This document shows positions 49,182-58,473 of a DNA stretch of 64,000 bases, one piece after another. Where the stretch lies: positions 70-64,069 of the forward strand of contig JAHQWP010000218.1 of assembly GCA_029856235.1 (NCBI GenBank), in the 5' to 3' direction. The notes beneath the pieces were generated by a model. The model was not told where the DNA came from. It ran no database searches and was given only the letters and a program-made list of their open reading frames with translations. The translations under genes and the position numbers were made by a program. How positions within the stretch are numbered: position 1 is the stretch's first letter; every line of letters begins with the position of its first letter. The stretch comes from Promethearchaeia archaeon. Its GTDB lineage: Archaea > Asgardarchaeota > Lokiarchaeia > Sigyniarchaeales > SOKP01.

Positions 49182-50195
49182 GTGAATATTATGAATGAAA
49201 TTGATATTTGGAAATTATACAAAATGATGCTACGGAGTCGTCTTTTTGAAAACGCCGTAACGAAACTATGGAAAGAAGGGTTGATTACAGGTGAAATGCA
49301 CCTTGGTATTGGAGAGGAGGCAATCGTAGCGGGAGTAGTTTCGCAATTAGAAGACGGAGATGCCATGGCTGTTACTCATCGAGGAACCCCTCAATTCATC
49401 ATGCGAGGAGTAGATCCAGTTTCTTTACTACTCGAGTTTTTTGGTCATTCTGAAGGATTATGTAAAGGACAGGGAGGTCACATGCATCTTTTTTCAAAAG
49501 AACATTTAATCGCTGCTTCAGGAATAGTAGGCGCGTCAGGTCCAGCAGCTACAGGTTTTGCACTCGCATTAAGTTATAAGAAACTAAACAAAATCGCCGT
49601 AGCGTTCTTTGGAGAGGGAGCAGTTAATCAGGGAATGATGATGGAATCAATGAATCTAGCTTCAGTTTGGAACTTACCTGTTCTTTTTGTATGCTGCGAT
49701 AATGATTGGGCAGTCACAACGACTACTAACAATTGTACTGGGGGTACAATCTTAGATAGGGCTAAAGGTTTTGGGATTGAAGGATATAGTGTCAATGGAA
49801 CAGATGTAGAAGCTGTCTGGAATGTGACAAACCAGGCAATATCAAAATTGCGAAAAAACAGTGGACCTCAGTTTATTCACGCCACTTGTACACACATGGA
49901 AGCGCATTTACTTGGAGATTTGCTCCTTAGGAATAATCAAGATCCCGTCATGATGGCTGAAACTGCAGAACCTCTCAAACAATATGCGGGTGAAAGCTTA
50001 GACGAAGTTCTTTTATTGGTTCGAAAAATTGGAGCTCAAACTAAAAAAAAAGGTGATCCTATTGTTTTCACAAAAAAGAAATTAAAGGATGAGGAGGATC
50101 GCTTAAAACAGATTGAAGAAGATGTAGCTAAAGAGATTGAAGAACTTACTAGCAAGGCGTTAGAAATATATAAAGGAGGTATTAAATATGACTAA
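49182..50195 (+). CDS. 2-oxoacid (pyruvate/acetoin/branched-chain) dehydrogenase E1 alpha subunit, TPP-dependent
   Basis: LYKMMLRSRLFE, GEMHLGIGEEA, TPP motif GEGAVNQGMMMESMNLASVWNLPVLFVCCDN. Confidence 0.85.
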   Translation: MNIMNEIDIWKLYKMMLRSRLFENAVTKLWKEGLITGEMHLGIGEEAIVAGVVSQLEDGDAMAVTHRGTPQFIMRGVDPVSLLLEFFGHSEGLCKGQGGHMHLFSKEHLIAASGIVGASGPAATGFALALSYKKLNKIAVAFFGEGAVNQGMMMESMNLASVWNLPVLFVCCDNDWAVTTTTNNCTGGTILDRAKGFGIEGYSVNGTDVEAVWNVTNQAISKLRKNSGPQFIHATCTHMEAHLLGDLLLRNNQDPVMMAETAEPLKQYAGESLDEVLLLVRKIGAQTKKKGDPIVFTKKKLKDEEDRLKQIEEDVAKEIEELTSKALEIYKGGIKYD

Positions 50196-51201
50196 AATGA
50201 CTTTTGCCCAAGCTATTGAAAGTGCGCTTACACAGGCTATGGAGGAAGACGAAAATGTTATTATTCTGGGAGAAGATGTACACACTTTACGGATCAATCT
50301 TTTTGCTCGATTTGGTAAAGAAAGAGTGAAATACACTCCCATAAGCGAAAGTGGATTTGTTGGTGCTGCCGTCGGTGCTGCTATGGCAGGTTTACGACCT
50401 ATTGCAGAAGTCATGTTAGTAGATTTCATAGCAGTTACAATGGATGCAATCCTTAATCACGCTGCAAAAATTCCATTCTTCTCGGGAAATAAATGGAAAG
50501 TACCTCTTGTTATCAGAACCGCTTGTGGTGGAGGATATGGTGATGCTGGACAACACGAACAAAGTTTATGGGGTTGGTTAGCTCACATCCCAGGATTAAA
50601 AATTGTCGTTCCGTCAAATCCTGCAGACGCTGGAGGATTAATGCTGTCTTCTATCTATGAAGATAATCCAGTAATCTATTTTGAACACAAACTCCTAGCT
50701 GATTATTGGTTGGAAAATATGGCTATAGGTGGGAGAACTACGGTTTCTTTTGACGTTCCAGAACAAGGAGCAGAGGGAGAAGTTCCAGATAAATGGGAAC
50801 CAATTCCTTTAGGTAAACTAAATCATATGAAGGATGGAAGTGATATTACATTAGTTAGTGTTGGTGTTGGTGTTCATCGTTCCATAGAAGCTGCTAATAT
50901 TTTAGAAGAAAAAGGTATTTCCGCGGAAGTTTTAGATTTAAGGTGTATAGCACCACTAGATAGTGAAGGATTAAAGAAGTCTGTAGAAAAAACTGAAGCT
51001 CTCTTAGTTGTTGATGAAGATTATAAGAATTTTGGACTTTCAGGCGAAATATGTGCTTTGCTTTTGGAAAATGAAATTTCGTTTAAATTCGGTCGTGTAT
51101 GCACTGAAAATACGATACCTTATGCAATAAAGCTAGAAAACCAAGCGCTTCCCAATACTAAGAGAATCGTCGATAAGACGCTTGAAGTTTTAAATAAGTA
51201 G
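50188..51201 (+). CDS. 2-oxoacid dehydrogenase E1 beta subunit
   Basis: MTFAQAIESALTQAMEEDENVIILGEDV, SESGFVGAAVGAAMAGLRP, QHEQSLWGW. 8-nt overlap with the alpha subunit gene. Confidence 0.9.
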   Translation: MTKMTFAQAIESALTQAMEEDENVIILGEDVHTLRINLFARFGKERVKYTPISESGFVGAAVGAAMAGLRPIAEVMLVDFIAVTMDAILNHAAKIPFFSGNKWKVPLVIRTACGGGYGDAGQHEQSLWGWLAHIPGLKIVVPSNPADAGGLMLSSIYEDNPVIYFEHKLLADYWLENMAIGGRTTVSFDVPEQGAEGEVPDKWEPIPLGKLNHMKDGSDITLVSVGVGVHRSIEAANILEEKGISAEVLDLRCIAPLDSEGLKKSVEKTEALLVVDEDYKNFGLSGEICALLLENEISFKFGRVCTENTIPYAIKLENQALPNTKRIVDKTLEVLNK

Positions 51202-51259
51202 GATTAAATTATTTAATATTTATTTTTTAAATTTCTTTTTTTCTGATTGTTTCGAATCT

Positions 51260-51376
51260 GGAATTATGATTGTCGTATCTTCCTTAATTCTATCAAGAAC
51301 AATTTGGGTTTTAACTTCTTCCACCCCTGGAAGGTTTCGTAATTGCTCTATTAGGTTCATAGAATCTTTTTGAACC
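51260..51376 (-). pseudogene. orphan fragment of Lrp/AsnC 3' end (copy B)
   Basis: About 117 nt align to 51844-51960. It encodes ...DSMNLIEQLRNLPGVEEVKTQIVLDRIKEDTTIIIP... versus the intact ...DSMRLIDQLRNLPGVEEVKTQIVLDRIKEDTTIIIPE. Confidence 0.55.
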
Positions 51377-51490
51377 AATTGTTGAAATATTCTTTACATA
51401 AAATCTTATATTGAGGTAATTATTTTATCTAATCAAAATTGGTACCTTTAAAATAAGAATTAACGAATATATTTTGAATTGGAAAATTCT

Positions 51491-51769
51491 ATGGCAAATG
51501 AATCAAAATCAGAATTGAAAAAAAAAATTGAATCAGATTACCATAAAAAGCTGAAAGATTTAGAATCATTGTTGGCAACAAAACATAAAAAGTTAAACCA
51601 GATTGAACGAACAATACAACATGAATCAAAAAAGATTTATGGCTCAACTCTATCAACTCTTCCTAAGCTCAAAACTGAAAAAGTTGAAATAGACGCGACG
51701 ATTAGGAGGGTAAAGAAGGAAATTAAACGCGTAAGAAGTGATTATATCAAGAAGATGAAAAAATTATGA
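51491..51769 (+). CDS. hypothetical Lys-rich coiled-coil protein
   Basis: ORF (TTG at 51479 in the track; ATG at 51491). Heptad-like charged sequence. Confidence 0.4.
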   Translation: MANESKSELKKKIESDYHKKLKDLESLLATKHKKLNQIERTIQHESKKIYGSTLSTLPKLKTEKVEIDATIRRVKKEIKRVRSDYIKKMKKL

Positions 51770-51836
51770 CCTATCTGTTTACAAAACTCATTATGCAAAC
51801 ATTTATATTTTCCTAGCTAATGGTAAAAAGCTATTT

Positions 51837-52334
51837 TTATTCCGGTATAATAATCGTAGTATCTTCCTTGATTCTATCAAGAACGATTTGAGTTTTTACC
51901 TCTTCCACTCCCGGAAGGTTTCGTAATTGGTCAATTAACCTCATAGAGTCTTCATGGTCTAAACATTTAGCCATGATAAAAAGAGGATATTCTCCGGTCA
52001 CTACGTAGCCGAATTTGATTTTTTCCATGTTCTCTATTTCGGTTTTTACTTGCTCAATTGGTTGTTGTGAGTTAACTCTCAATGACGCCATGACCATTTC
52101 TCGATATCCCAAATGACGACAATCTATTAAAGCTACGTACTTTTTAATTAAGGTGTCTTCTAATTTTTGGACACGGGCCCTGATCGCAGTTGCGCTTTTT
52201 GGTTTTTGTTTTAACTTTGTTGATACCATTTCAGCAATCTTGTTTATTGTGATTTTTCCATCATTTTGTAATAAGTCCAAGATTTCTCGATCAATTTCAT
52301 CTATTTCTAATGGTTTGTTATTATCTGTTGCCAT
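51837..52334 (-). CDS. Lrp/AsnC family transcriptional regulator
   Basis: IDEIDREILDLLQNDGKITINKIAEMV HTH plus a C-terminal RAM/ACT-like domain (GYVVTGEYPLFIMAKC...LPGVEEVKTQIVL). Confidence 0.85.
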   Translation of the reverse strand: MATDNNKPLEIDEIDREILDLLQNDGKITINKIAEMVSTKLKQKPKSATAIRARVQKLEDTLIKKYVALIDCRHLGYREMVMASLRVNSQQPIEQVKTEIENMEKIKFGYVVTGEYPLFIMAKCLDHEDSMRLIDQLRNLPGVEEVKTQIVLDRIKEDTTIIIPE

Positions 52335-52574
52335 TGAAGTTACTCCAATTTTTTATTTATTAATTTAAATATAGTAAGTCTTACTTATAATTTTTTTCAC
52401 TACAATTGATGATCAATTTAGTTTTTTTTTATAGATAAAGGTGATTCTTATAAACAAAAAAACTATGATTTAAATACTGGTCTGCATTTTTAATCTACAA
52501 GGAATATCAGATATAAACTTTATTTGGTATAAAACCAGAAAAAATAAAAAAAATATCTAAAAAAGTTGAAAAAA

Positions 52575-52799
52575 ATGGCAGATTTAACACTTAATGCAGT
52601 AGGAAAAAAATGCCCAATGCCTGTCCTCATGACTAAAAAGGAGTTAAAGAAAATGAGCTCAGGACAAACTCTTGAATTGGTTGTCGACGACAAAGGAGCC
52701 TTAAAAGACGTACCTGCTCTTATCAAAAAGACTGGGGATACGATTGTCGAGACTAATGAAGATAACGGCCATATAACCTTTACAATTCAAAAAGCTTAA
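52575..52799 (+). CDS. tusA: TusA/SirA-like sulfur carrier protein
   Basis: CPMP motif (GKKCPMPVLMTKKELKKM). The ORF track starts at TTG 52566; ATG at 52575. Confidence 0.8.
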   Translation: MADLTLNAVGKKCPMPVLMTKKELKKMSSGQTLELVVDDKGALKDVPALIKKTGDTIVETNEDNGHITFTIQKA

Positions 52800-52829
52800 A
52801 CCTTAGACTTACGAGAAAAGTGATTAACA

Positions 52830-53198
52830 ATGACAACCTATTCTTTTTTTATTAGTACTGAACCTTACAAATTCGAAGCGAGCGACTCGTTAATAGAGAT
52901 TTGTAAATCTTTGATAAAGAAAGGGCATACTATTAAGGGATTTTTTTTCTTTGGAACTGGCGTTTACAACATAAAGGGAGACATTAGCAGTGGAAGCTCT
53001 ATAAGAGATATTCCCAAAAAGCTAGAAACATTTGCAACTGAGAATAATATTCCCACGGTTGGATGTTCAACCTGGGTAAGTCTAACGGGATTAAAAGAAT
53101 CGAGCTTTATTAAAGGAGCTACAGAAGAAGGGTTAGGCGACTTTTCTAACTGGGCTGTAGAATCAGACAAATTAATTGTATTTGGAGCGGGGGGTTAA
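52830..53198 (+). CDS. dsrE: DsrE/TusD-like sulfur relay protein
   Basis: 122 aa. FFISTEPY opening. Candidate active Cys in PTVGCSTWVSLTGL at the position of the TusD/DsrE catalytic Cys. Confidence 0.7.
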   Translation: MTTYSFFISTEPYKFEASDSLIEICKSLIKKGHTIKGFFFFGTGVYNIKGDISSGSSIRDIPKKLETFATENNIPTVGCSTWVSLTGLKESSFIKGATEEGLGDFSNWAVESDKLIVFGAGG

Positions 53199-53203
53199 GT
53201 AAA

Positions 53204-53572
53204 ATGGTAGAATCTGTAGTTATAATAGCTGATCACTCGCCAATAGGTAAGAATTCAGCGTTGGAAGCAGTTCGTATTGGCTCTGGATTTGTAGCTCTTG
53301 GAGAATATATTAATTGTCAAATCGTATTTACGGGAGACGCTGTTTATTTACTTAGCAAAAACGCGAAACCAGAGGCAGTTGGAATGGACACATTCGATGA
53401 AGTTATGGAAATCGCAGACTTATCAGATTTAGAACTTTACGTAGTGGATCAAGCTTTAAAAGATGCTGGGATGAGTGCTGATGACTTAGTTGAATACGAA
53501 AATTTGAAGATCGTCACAATTGAAGAAGTCGTTAATTTAATTGAAAACGCAGACACAAGTTTTAGATTTTAA
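53204..53572 (+). CDS. dsrF: DsrF/TusC-like sulfur relay protein
   Basis: 122 aa. VVIIADHSPIGKNSALEAVRIG..., ELYVVDQALKDAGM. Confidence 0.65.
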   Translation: MVESVVIIADHSPIGKNSALEAVRIGSGFVALGEYINCQIVFTGDAVYLLSKNAKPEAVGMDTFDEVMEIADLSDLELYVVDQALKDAGMSADDLVEYENLKIVTIEEVVNLIENADTSFRF

Positions 53573-53588
53573 GGGAGGAGAATAAAAA

Positions 53589-53930
53589 ATGTCTGAAACC
53601 AGGAAAGTATTGTATTTATTTGGATATAGTGAAATGACTGGAACACAATTAGAGCGATTATTACCGATCTTAAAAGCACAAATTAACAAAGGTTCGCAAC
53701 TTGGATTAGTTCTAATTCACGACGGAGTTATTGGGATCAACAAGAAAGGCAAGGTTCCGGAGAAGATGGAAGAATTACTCAATATGAATATCGTTGTTTA
53801 TGCGATGATCCCTGATTTACAAGCTCGTGGTATAGATCTGGAACAAATTCACGATAAGGTTAAAGCAATTGAATATGACGATTTAATCGATTTATTAGAT
53901 GTAACACCAAAAATAATATCTTGGATGTAA
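53589..53930 (+). CDS. dsrH: DsrH/TusB-like sulfur relay protein (no Cys)
   Basis: 113 aa. LVLIHDGV, VYAMIPDLQARGI. SD-like GGGAGGAG upstream. Confidence 0.65.
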   Translation: MSETRKVLYLFGYSEMTGTQLERLLPILKAQINKGSQLGLVLIHDGVIGINKKGKVPEKMEELLNMNIVVYAMIPDLQARGIDLEQIHDKVKAIEYDDLIDLLDVTPKIISWM

Positions 53931-54052
53931 ATACTCCAGGAGATCAAAATAGATTTTTTGAAAATTATGGTAATAAAATATTACAAAATTTTGGAATATA
54001 AATGAATTAAAAATTATAAAACAAAAAAAACAAAAAACAGAAGTGAAAAAAT

Positions 54053-54469
54053 ATGGGAGAAACAATAAACTATATAGTTAAGGACAAATCGTTCGAGAAA
54101 TTCGCAATGATGATGCTCCTAGGTACCACAGCAGACGCTATGGAAACCAAATCCAATTTTTTCTTCACCTTTTGGGGCTTGAACTTATTAACCAAAAAGT
54201 TTAAACCTAAAGTTGCTGGAATGCCTACCCCAATGAAGGGTATGGGTGCTAAGATTTTTGGCAAAAGGATGGCAAAATTTGGGATTGAAGATCCATGGGG
54301 TATGATTAAAGACGCTGTCGAAAATGGCAACATGAAATTATTTCCATGCCAAATGACAATGGATTTAATGGGAATTAAGCGAGAAGAAATGTATGACTTC
54401 GTTGAAGATCCTGTTGGTGCCGCAACATTCTTAGAAATGAGTGAAGGCGGACAAATAGTCTCACTATAA
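54053..54469 (+). CDS. DsrE-superfamily protein (COG2210 / DsrE3-like)
   Basis: FAMMMLLGTTADAMETKSNFFFTFWGLNLL and a Cys in LFPCQMTMDLMGI. Confidence 0.6.
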   Translation: MGETINYIVKDKSFEKFAMMMLLGTTADAMETKSNFFFTFWGLNLLTKKFKPKVAGMPTPMKGMGAKIFGKRMAKFGIEDPWGMIKDAVENGNMKLFPCQMTMDLMGIKREEMYDFVEDPVGAATFLEMSEGGQIVSL

Positions 54470-54483
54470 ATAAATTTTTAAAA

Positions 54484-54496
54484 TTTTTTTTTTTTT
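54484..54496 (+). terminator. oligo-T tract between dsrE-like gene and hdrC
   Basis: T13, 15 nt after the stop at 54469 and 25 nt before the hdrC ATG. Confidence 0.35.
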
Positions 54497-54520
54497 CAAG
54501 TTAATAAAAAGGTGGAAAAA

Positions 54521-55087
54521 ATGTCTGAAACAAAAGAAGAACACCGAGAATATAAGACGGATGAAGATTTCGATAAAAACTATTTCAAAGATATAGAAAG
54601 AAAATCGAACATCTGGCAATGTATACAGTGTGGTTCGTGTACCGCGAGTTGTGAAAGCGGCAGATGGACCGCGTTAAAGACCCGGTCGATTATTAGAAAA
54701 GTAGTTCTTGGCGATTTATCTGTTCTAGAGGATCCTGATATTTGGTTGTGTACGACATGTTATCAATGTTATGAACGTTGTCCTCGCGATGTAAGGCCAA
54801 CCGATGTAATAATGGAACTCAGAAATTACGCGACTAAATTGGGAAATATATCACCAGCTCATAGAGCTGTCGTTGGCTATTTAAAGAATTTTGGCCACGC
54901 AGTGCCGATAAACGACGAGATTAGAAAGCGAAGGGTCGAATTAGGATTAGAAGAACTCCCTCCAACTGCGTTTAAATATAAGCAAGAGGGAGATGATAAA
55001 GATTTAAAGAAATTTGAAGAACACTTATTTGATCTTCCTCCCGTTAAGGAGGAGAAAAAAAAGGAAGAGAAAAAGGGGGAGAAGTAA
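54521..55087 (+). CDS. hdrC: heterodisulfide reductase subunit C-like (2x[4Fe-4S])
   Basis: CIQCGSCTASCESGR and CTTCYQCYERCPRDV. The ORF track starts at GTG 54512; ATG 54521 follows AGGTGG. Confidence 0.85.
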   Translation: MSETKEEHREYKTDEDFDKNYFKDIERKSNIWQCIQCGSCTASCESGRWTALKTRSIIRKVVLGDLSVLEDPDIWLCTTCYQCYERCPRDVRPTDVIMELRNYATKLGNISPAHRAVVGYLKNFGHAVPINDEIRKRRVELGLEELPPTAFKYKQEGDDKDLKKFEEHLFDLPPVKEEKKKEEKKGEK

Positions 55088-55090
55088 TAA

Positions 55091-56008
55091 ATGGTAAAAG
55101 AACAAACATTTTCGTTTTTTCTTGGATGTCTCATGCCAAATCGATATCCTGCTATTGAAAAAGCAACTAAATTTGTAATGAAGAAATTAGGATATGAGAT
55201 ATTAGATATGGAACGCGCCAGTTGTTGTCCGGCTCCAGGAGTCTTTCGATCTTTTAACAAGGTTGATTGGATGGTAGCAGGTGCTAGAAATCTATGTATA
55301 GCTGAAAAACTTGATGCAGATATTCTTACAGTTTGTAACGGATGCTTTGGAACGCTCCAAGAGATTAATAAACACTTGAAAGAGAACGAAGAACACAGAG
55401 AGTTAGTGAATGAAAAGCTAAAACTGCTCGGAGATTACGAGTTTAAAGGTACGATTGATGTCCGACACGTTGCTGAGGTGTTAGGATACGAAATTGGGCC
55501 ATGGGGCATAGAAGATTTAATAACCAGAAAAGTAAACGCTCGTGCGGCTGTACATTATGGATGTCATTTTCTAAAACCTACAAGAATTCGGGAGATAGAG
55601 AGCTCAGAGGGACCTACCATAGTAGAAGAATTTATTGAGGTTTTAGGAGTGGAGTCTGTTCGATTCAAAGAACAACTCACATGTTGTGGAGCAGGCGGAG
55701 GCGTAAAAGCATATTCCGGAGATACGAGCATGACGATTTTTGGAGAAAAAATGAAAAATATTGACGAAGTCGAACCTGACTTTATTTTAGACATATGTCC
55801 GTTCTGTCACTTACAATTTGAGACGGGGCAGGATTATCTAAACAAAAATAAAAACTGTAATTACGATTATCCCGTAATTCACCTTTCCCAGCTTGTCGCG
55901 TATTGTATGGGGATGGACCAAGAATTTGTTGGTCTACAATATCAAATGATGGGAAAAGATTATATTTTTGGTGGAGAAGAAGTCAAAAAAGAAGAGGAGG
56001 CCATATAG
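55091..56008 (+). CDS. hdrB: heterodisulfide reductase subunit B-like (two CCG domains)
   Basis: GC...CCPAPG...CNGC and GC...CCGAGGG...CPFC. Confidence 0.9.
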   Translation: MVKEQTFSFFLGCLMPNRYPAIEKATKFVMKKLGYEILDMERASCCPAPGVFRSFNKVDWMVAGARNLCIAEKLDADILTVCNGCFGTLQEINKHLKENEEHRELVNEKLKLLGDYEFKGTIDVRHVAEVLGYEIGPWGIEDLITRKVNARAAVHYGCHFLKPTRIREIESSEGPTIVEEFIEVLGVESVRFKEQLTCCGAGGGVKAYSGDTSMTIFGEKMKNIDEVEPDFILDICPFCHLQFETGQDYLNKNKNCNYDYPVIHLSQLVAYCMGMDQEFVGLQYQMMGKDYIFGGEEVKKEEEAI

Positions 56009-58024
56009 ATGGCTGTTAAAGAAGAAAAAATGGAAGAAAGTAAAGTTGGATCGGAGGACTCTGAAGAACCCCGAATTGGCGTATTTGTATGTCATTGCGG
56101 TCATAACATTGCTGGAACTGTAGATGTCGCAAAAGTGGCAAATTACGCAAAAGATTTACCAAATGTTGTAAAAGCAGAGCATTATATGTTTATGTGTTCT
56201 AAACCGGGAGTTCAGATGGTTAAAGATTCAATTAAAGAATTAGGAGTTAATAGAACCGTTGTAGCGAGTTGTTCTAAAAATCAACACGGTAGGACTTTTG
56301 CGAGAGCAATTGCCGAAGAGGGTATTAATAAACACAGACACCAACAAGTCAATGTTCGAGAATATTGTAGTTGGGTTCATCAAAAAGACAAAGCAAAGGC
56401 TACTGAAAAAGCACTTCAATTGGTGGAAGCAGGAGTTAATCGCGCTCGAAAACTTGAAGATGTAGAAACAAGAAGAGTTCAAACTACTAAAGCAGCGTTA
56501 GTTATTGGTGCGGGTATCGCGGGTCTTAGAGCTTCAAATGATTTGGCGGAATTAGGAATACCAGTGTTTTTAGTAGAGAAGAATTCGACGATCGGGGGAC
56601 ATATGACGCAATTGAATAAAACATTTCCAACTTTAGAGTGCCCACAATGTTCAATTTCACCGTTAACTAACGGAGTAGCGAATCATCCTTTAATTGAGCT
56701 TTATACAAACGCTCAGATTAAAAACATTGAGGGATCGTTAGGGAATTTTGAAGTTGAAATCGAAATTAAACCTCGGTATGTTAAGGATAACTGTACTTCG
56801 TGTGGTGAATGTTCATTACACTGTCCAGTAGAAGTCCCAAGCGAATGGGATAAAGGGATGTCTATGCGGAACGCTATTTATAAAGCATATCCACAAGCAA
56901 TTCCAGCAACATTCGTAAGGGACAAGAAGACTTGTATTGAGTGTAATACTTGCATTAATGTATGTCCAGTACAAGCAGTTGATTTCTCGATGCAACCTGA
57001 AACTAAGACGGTTAAAGTTGGCTCGATTGTTGTTGCTGTGGGGTATGATGAATACGATCCTACGGAAGTTGAACCGTATCATTATGGACAAGACGGCTAC
57101 GAAGATGTTATTACTCAATTAAAATTGGAAAGAATGTTATCACCTACCTCTCTTACCAATTCTGAAGTTTTACGACCTTCTGACGGAAAATTACCTAAGA
57201 GTATTGTAATGATTCAATGCGTTGGGAGTAGAAACGAGCAAGTTGGAAATAAGTATTGTACTGGTGTATGTTGTAAATTCGCGATAAAAAATGCTCGAAT
57301 TGTAAAAGAAATGTATCCGGATACCGATGTGACGGTTTGTTATATTGACGTGCGAACTCCGGGATTAAACTTTGAAGAAATGTATCAATCCGCACAAGAA
57401 GTTGGAGTTCGATTTATCCGAGGAAGACCTTCGGAAATCGTTAAGGATCCAATAACTGGAGAACTAAAAGTTATTGTAGAAGACACGTTAAGCATGACGC
57501 CTTTACAATTAAACGCTGATATGGTTGTATTGTCAGCAGCGATGGTTCCTCCTAAAGGAATAGGTCCTCTTGGTTCTAAACTTAAAGTTTTACGTTCCAA
57601 GGAAGGATTCTTAAAAGAATTTCATATTAAGATGAACCCTACATTAAGCAGTAAAGGAGGAATTTTCTTAGCGGGCACGATTCAAGGGCCAAAAGACATT
57701 TCTGAAACCGTAGCACACGCAGGAAGCGCTGCTGCTCTAGCTGCAGCACCATTAGTCAAAGGTTATATTGAAAAGGAAATGTTGGTGCCATCAATAGATT
57801 ACGATTTATGCGTGAATTGTGGAATTTGTAAAACAATTTGCGCACCTGCGGCAATTGATATTGACGAAAATGGGAGACCGACGGTTAACGAGATTGCGTG
57901 TAGATCGTGTGGTATGTGTATGCCAAGTTGTCCTACGAATGCAATTCAATTAATAAATTTTACAGACGATCAATTATACGATGAAATAATCGCTGTATCA
58001 GGCGGGGGTGCTGTTTGCGAATGA
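56009..58024 (+). CDS. hdrA: heterodisulfide reductase subunit A-like flavoprotein
   Basis: VCHCGHNI, FAD fold ALVIGAGIAGLRASNDLAELG, several CxxCxxCxxxCP ferredoxin motifs. Confidence 0.9.
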   Translation: MAVKEEKMEESKVGSEDSEEPRIGVFVCHCGHNIAGTVDVAKVANYAKDLPNVVKAEHYMFMCSKPGVQMVKDSIKELGVNRTVVASCSKNQHGRTFARAIAEEGINKHRHQQVNVREYCSWVHQKDKAKATEKALQLVEAGVNRARKLEDVETRRVQTTKAALVIGAGIAGLRASNDLAELGIPVFLVEKNSTIGGHMTQLNKTFPTLECPQCSISPLTNGVANHPLIELYTNAQIKNIEGSLGNFEVEIEIKPRYVKDNCTSCGECSLHCPVEVPSEWDKGMSMRNAIYKAYPQAIPATFVRDKKTCIECNTCINVCPVQAVDFSMQPETKTVKVGSIVVAVGYDEYDPTEVEPYHYGQDGYEDVITQLKLERMLSPTSLTNSEVLRPSDGKLPKSIVMIQCVGSRNEQVGNKYCTGVCCKFAIKNARIVKEMYPDTDVTVCYIDVRTPGLNFEEMYQSAQEVGVRFIRGRPSEIVKDPITGELKVIVEDTLSMTPLQLNADMVVLSAAMVPPKGIGPLGSKLKVLRSKEGFLKEFHIKMNPTLSSKGGIFLAGTIQGPKDISETVAHAGSAAALAAAPLVKGYIEKEMLVPSIDYDLCVNCGICKTICAPAAIDIDENGRPTVNEIACRSCGMCMPSCPTNAIQLINFTDDQLYDEIIAVSGGGAVCE

Positions 58025-58473
58025 GCAATTGTGAAGTACCTGATGAATACGTGCAGGAAAGGATTAACAACATTGTTGTATTCATGTGCAACGAGTGCGG
58101 TCAAGGATCAGCAAACACTGCGGGTGTCGCTAGAATGGCGTACGACGCTGCGATAAGAATAATTAGAGTGCAATGCACAGGTCAAGTCGGACCAATTCAG
58201 ATCATGGAAGCATTAACTAACGGTGCAGATGCTGTTGCGTGCGTAGGTTGTTGTTTAGGTGCGTGTCATTTTTTTAATGGTAATATAATTTCAATGCATA
58301 GAATAAAATTGATGAAAAAGGTCTTTAAAGAGTTGGGGTATAGCGATCAATTCGTAAACCAATACACATCGAGAGCTGCGGAAGGTGAAACTGCTGTTGG
58401 TGATTTTGAAGATATTATCGATCGATTAACAACTGCAATAACAGAAAAGGGGACGATAAAAGATGGATGTTAA
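58021..58473 (+). CDS. mvhD: MvhD/FlxD-like [2Fe-2S] electron-transfer protein
   Basis: FMCNECGQGSANTAG, RVQCTGQV, GADAVACVGCCLGACHF. ATGA overlap with the hdrA stop (the track lists TTG 58015). Confidence 0.85.
   Translation: MSNCEVPDEYVQERINNIVVFMCNECGQGSANTAGVARMAYDAAIRIIRVQCTGQVGPIQIMEALTNGADAVACVGCCLGACHFFNGNIISMHRIKLMKKVFKELGYSDQFVNQYTSRAAEGETAVGDFEDIIDRLTTAITEKGTIKDGC

Noticed and set aside
49130-50429. ORFs 49130..49366 (-), 50160..50429 (-) and 48882..49076 (+)
   Set aside because: They are antisense to the E1 alpha/beta genes and vapB, which carry clear family motifs.
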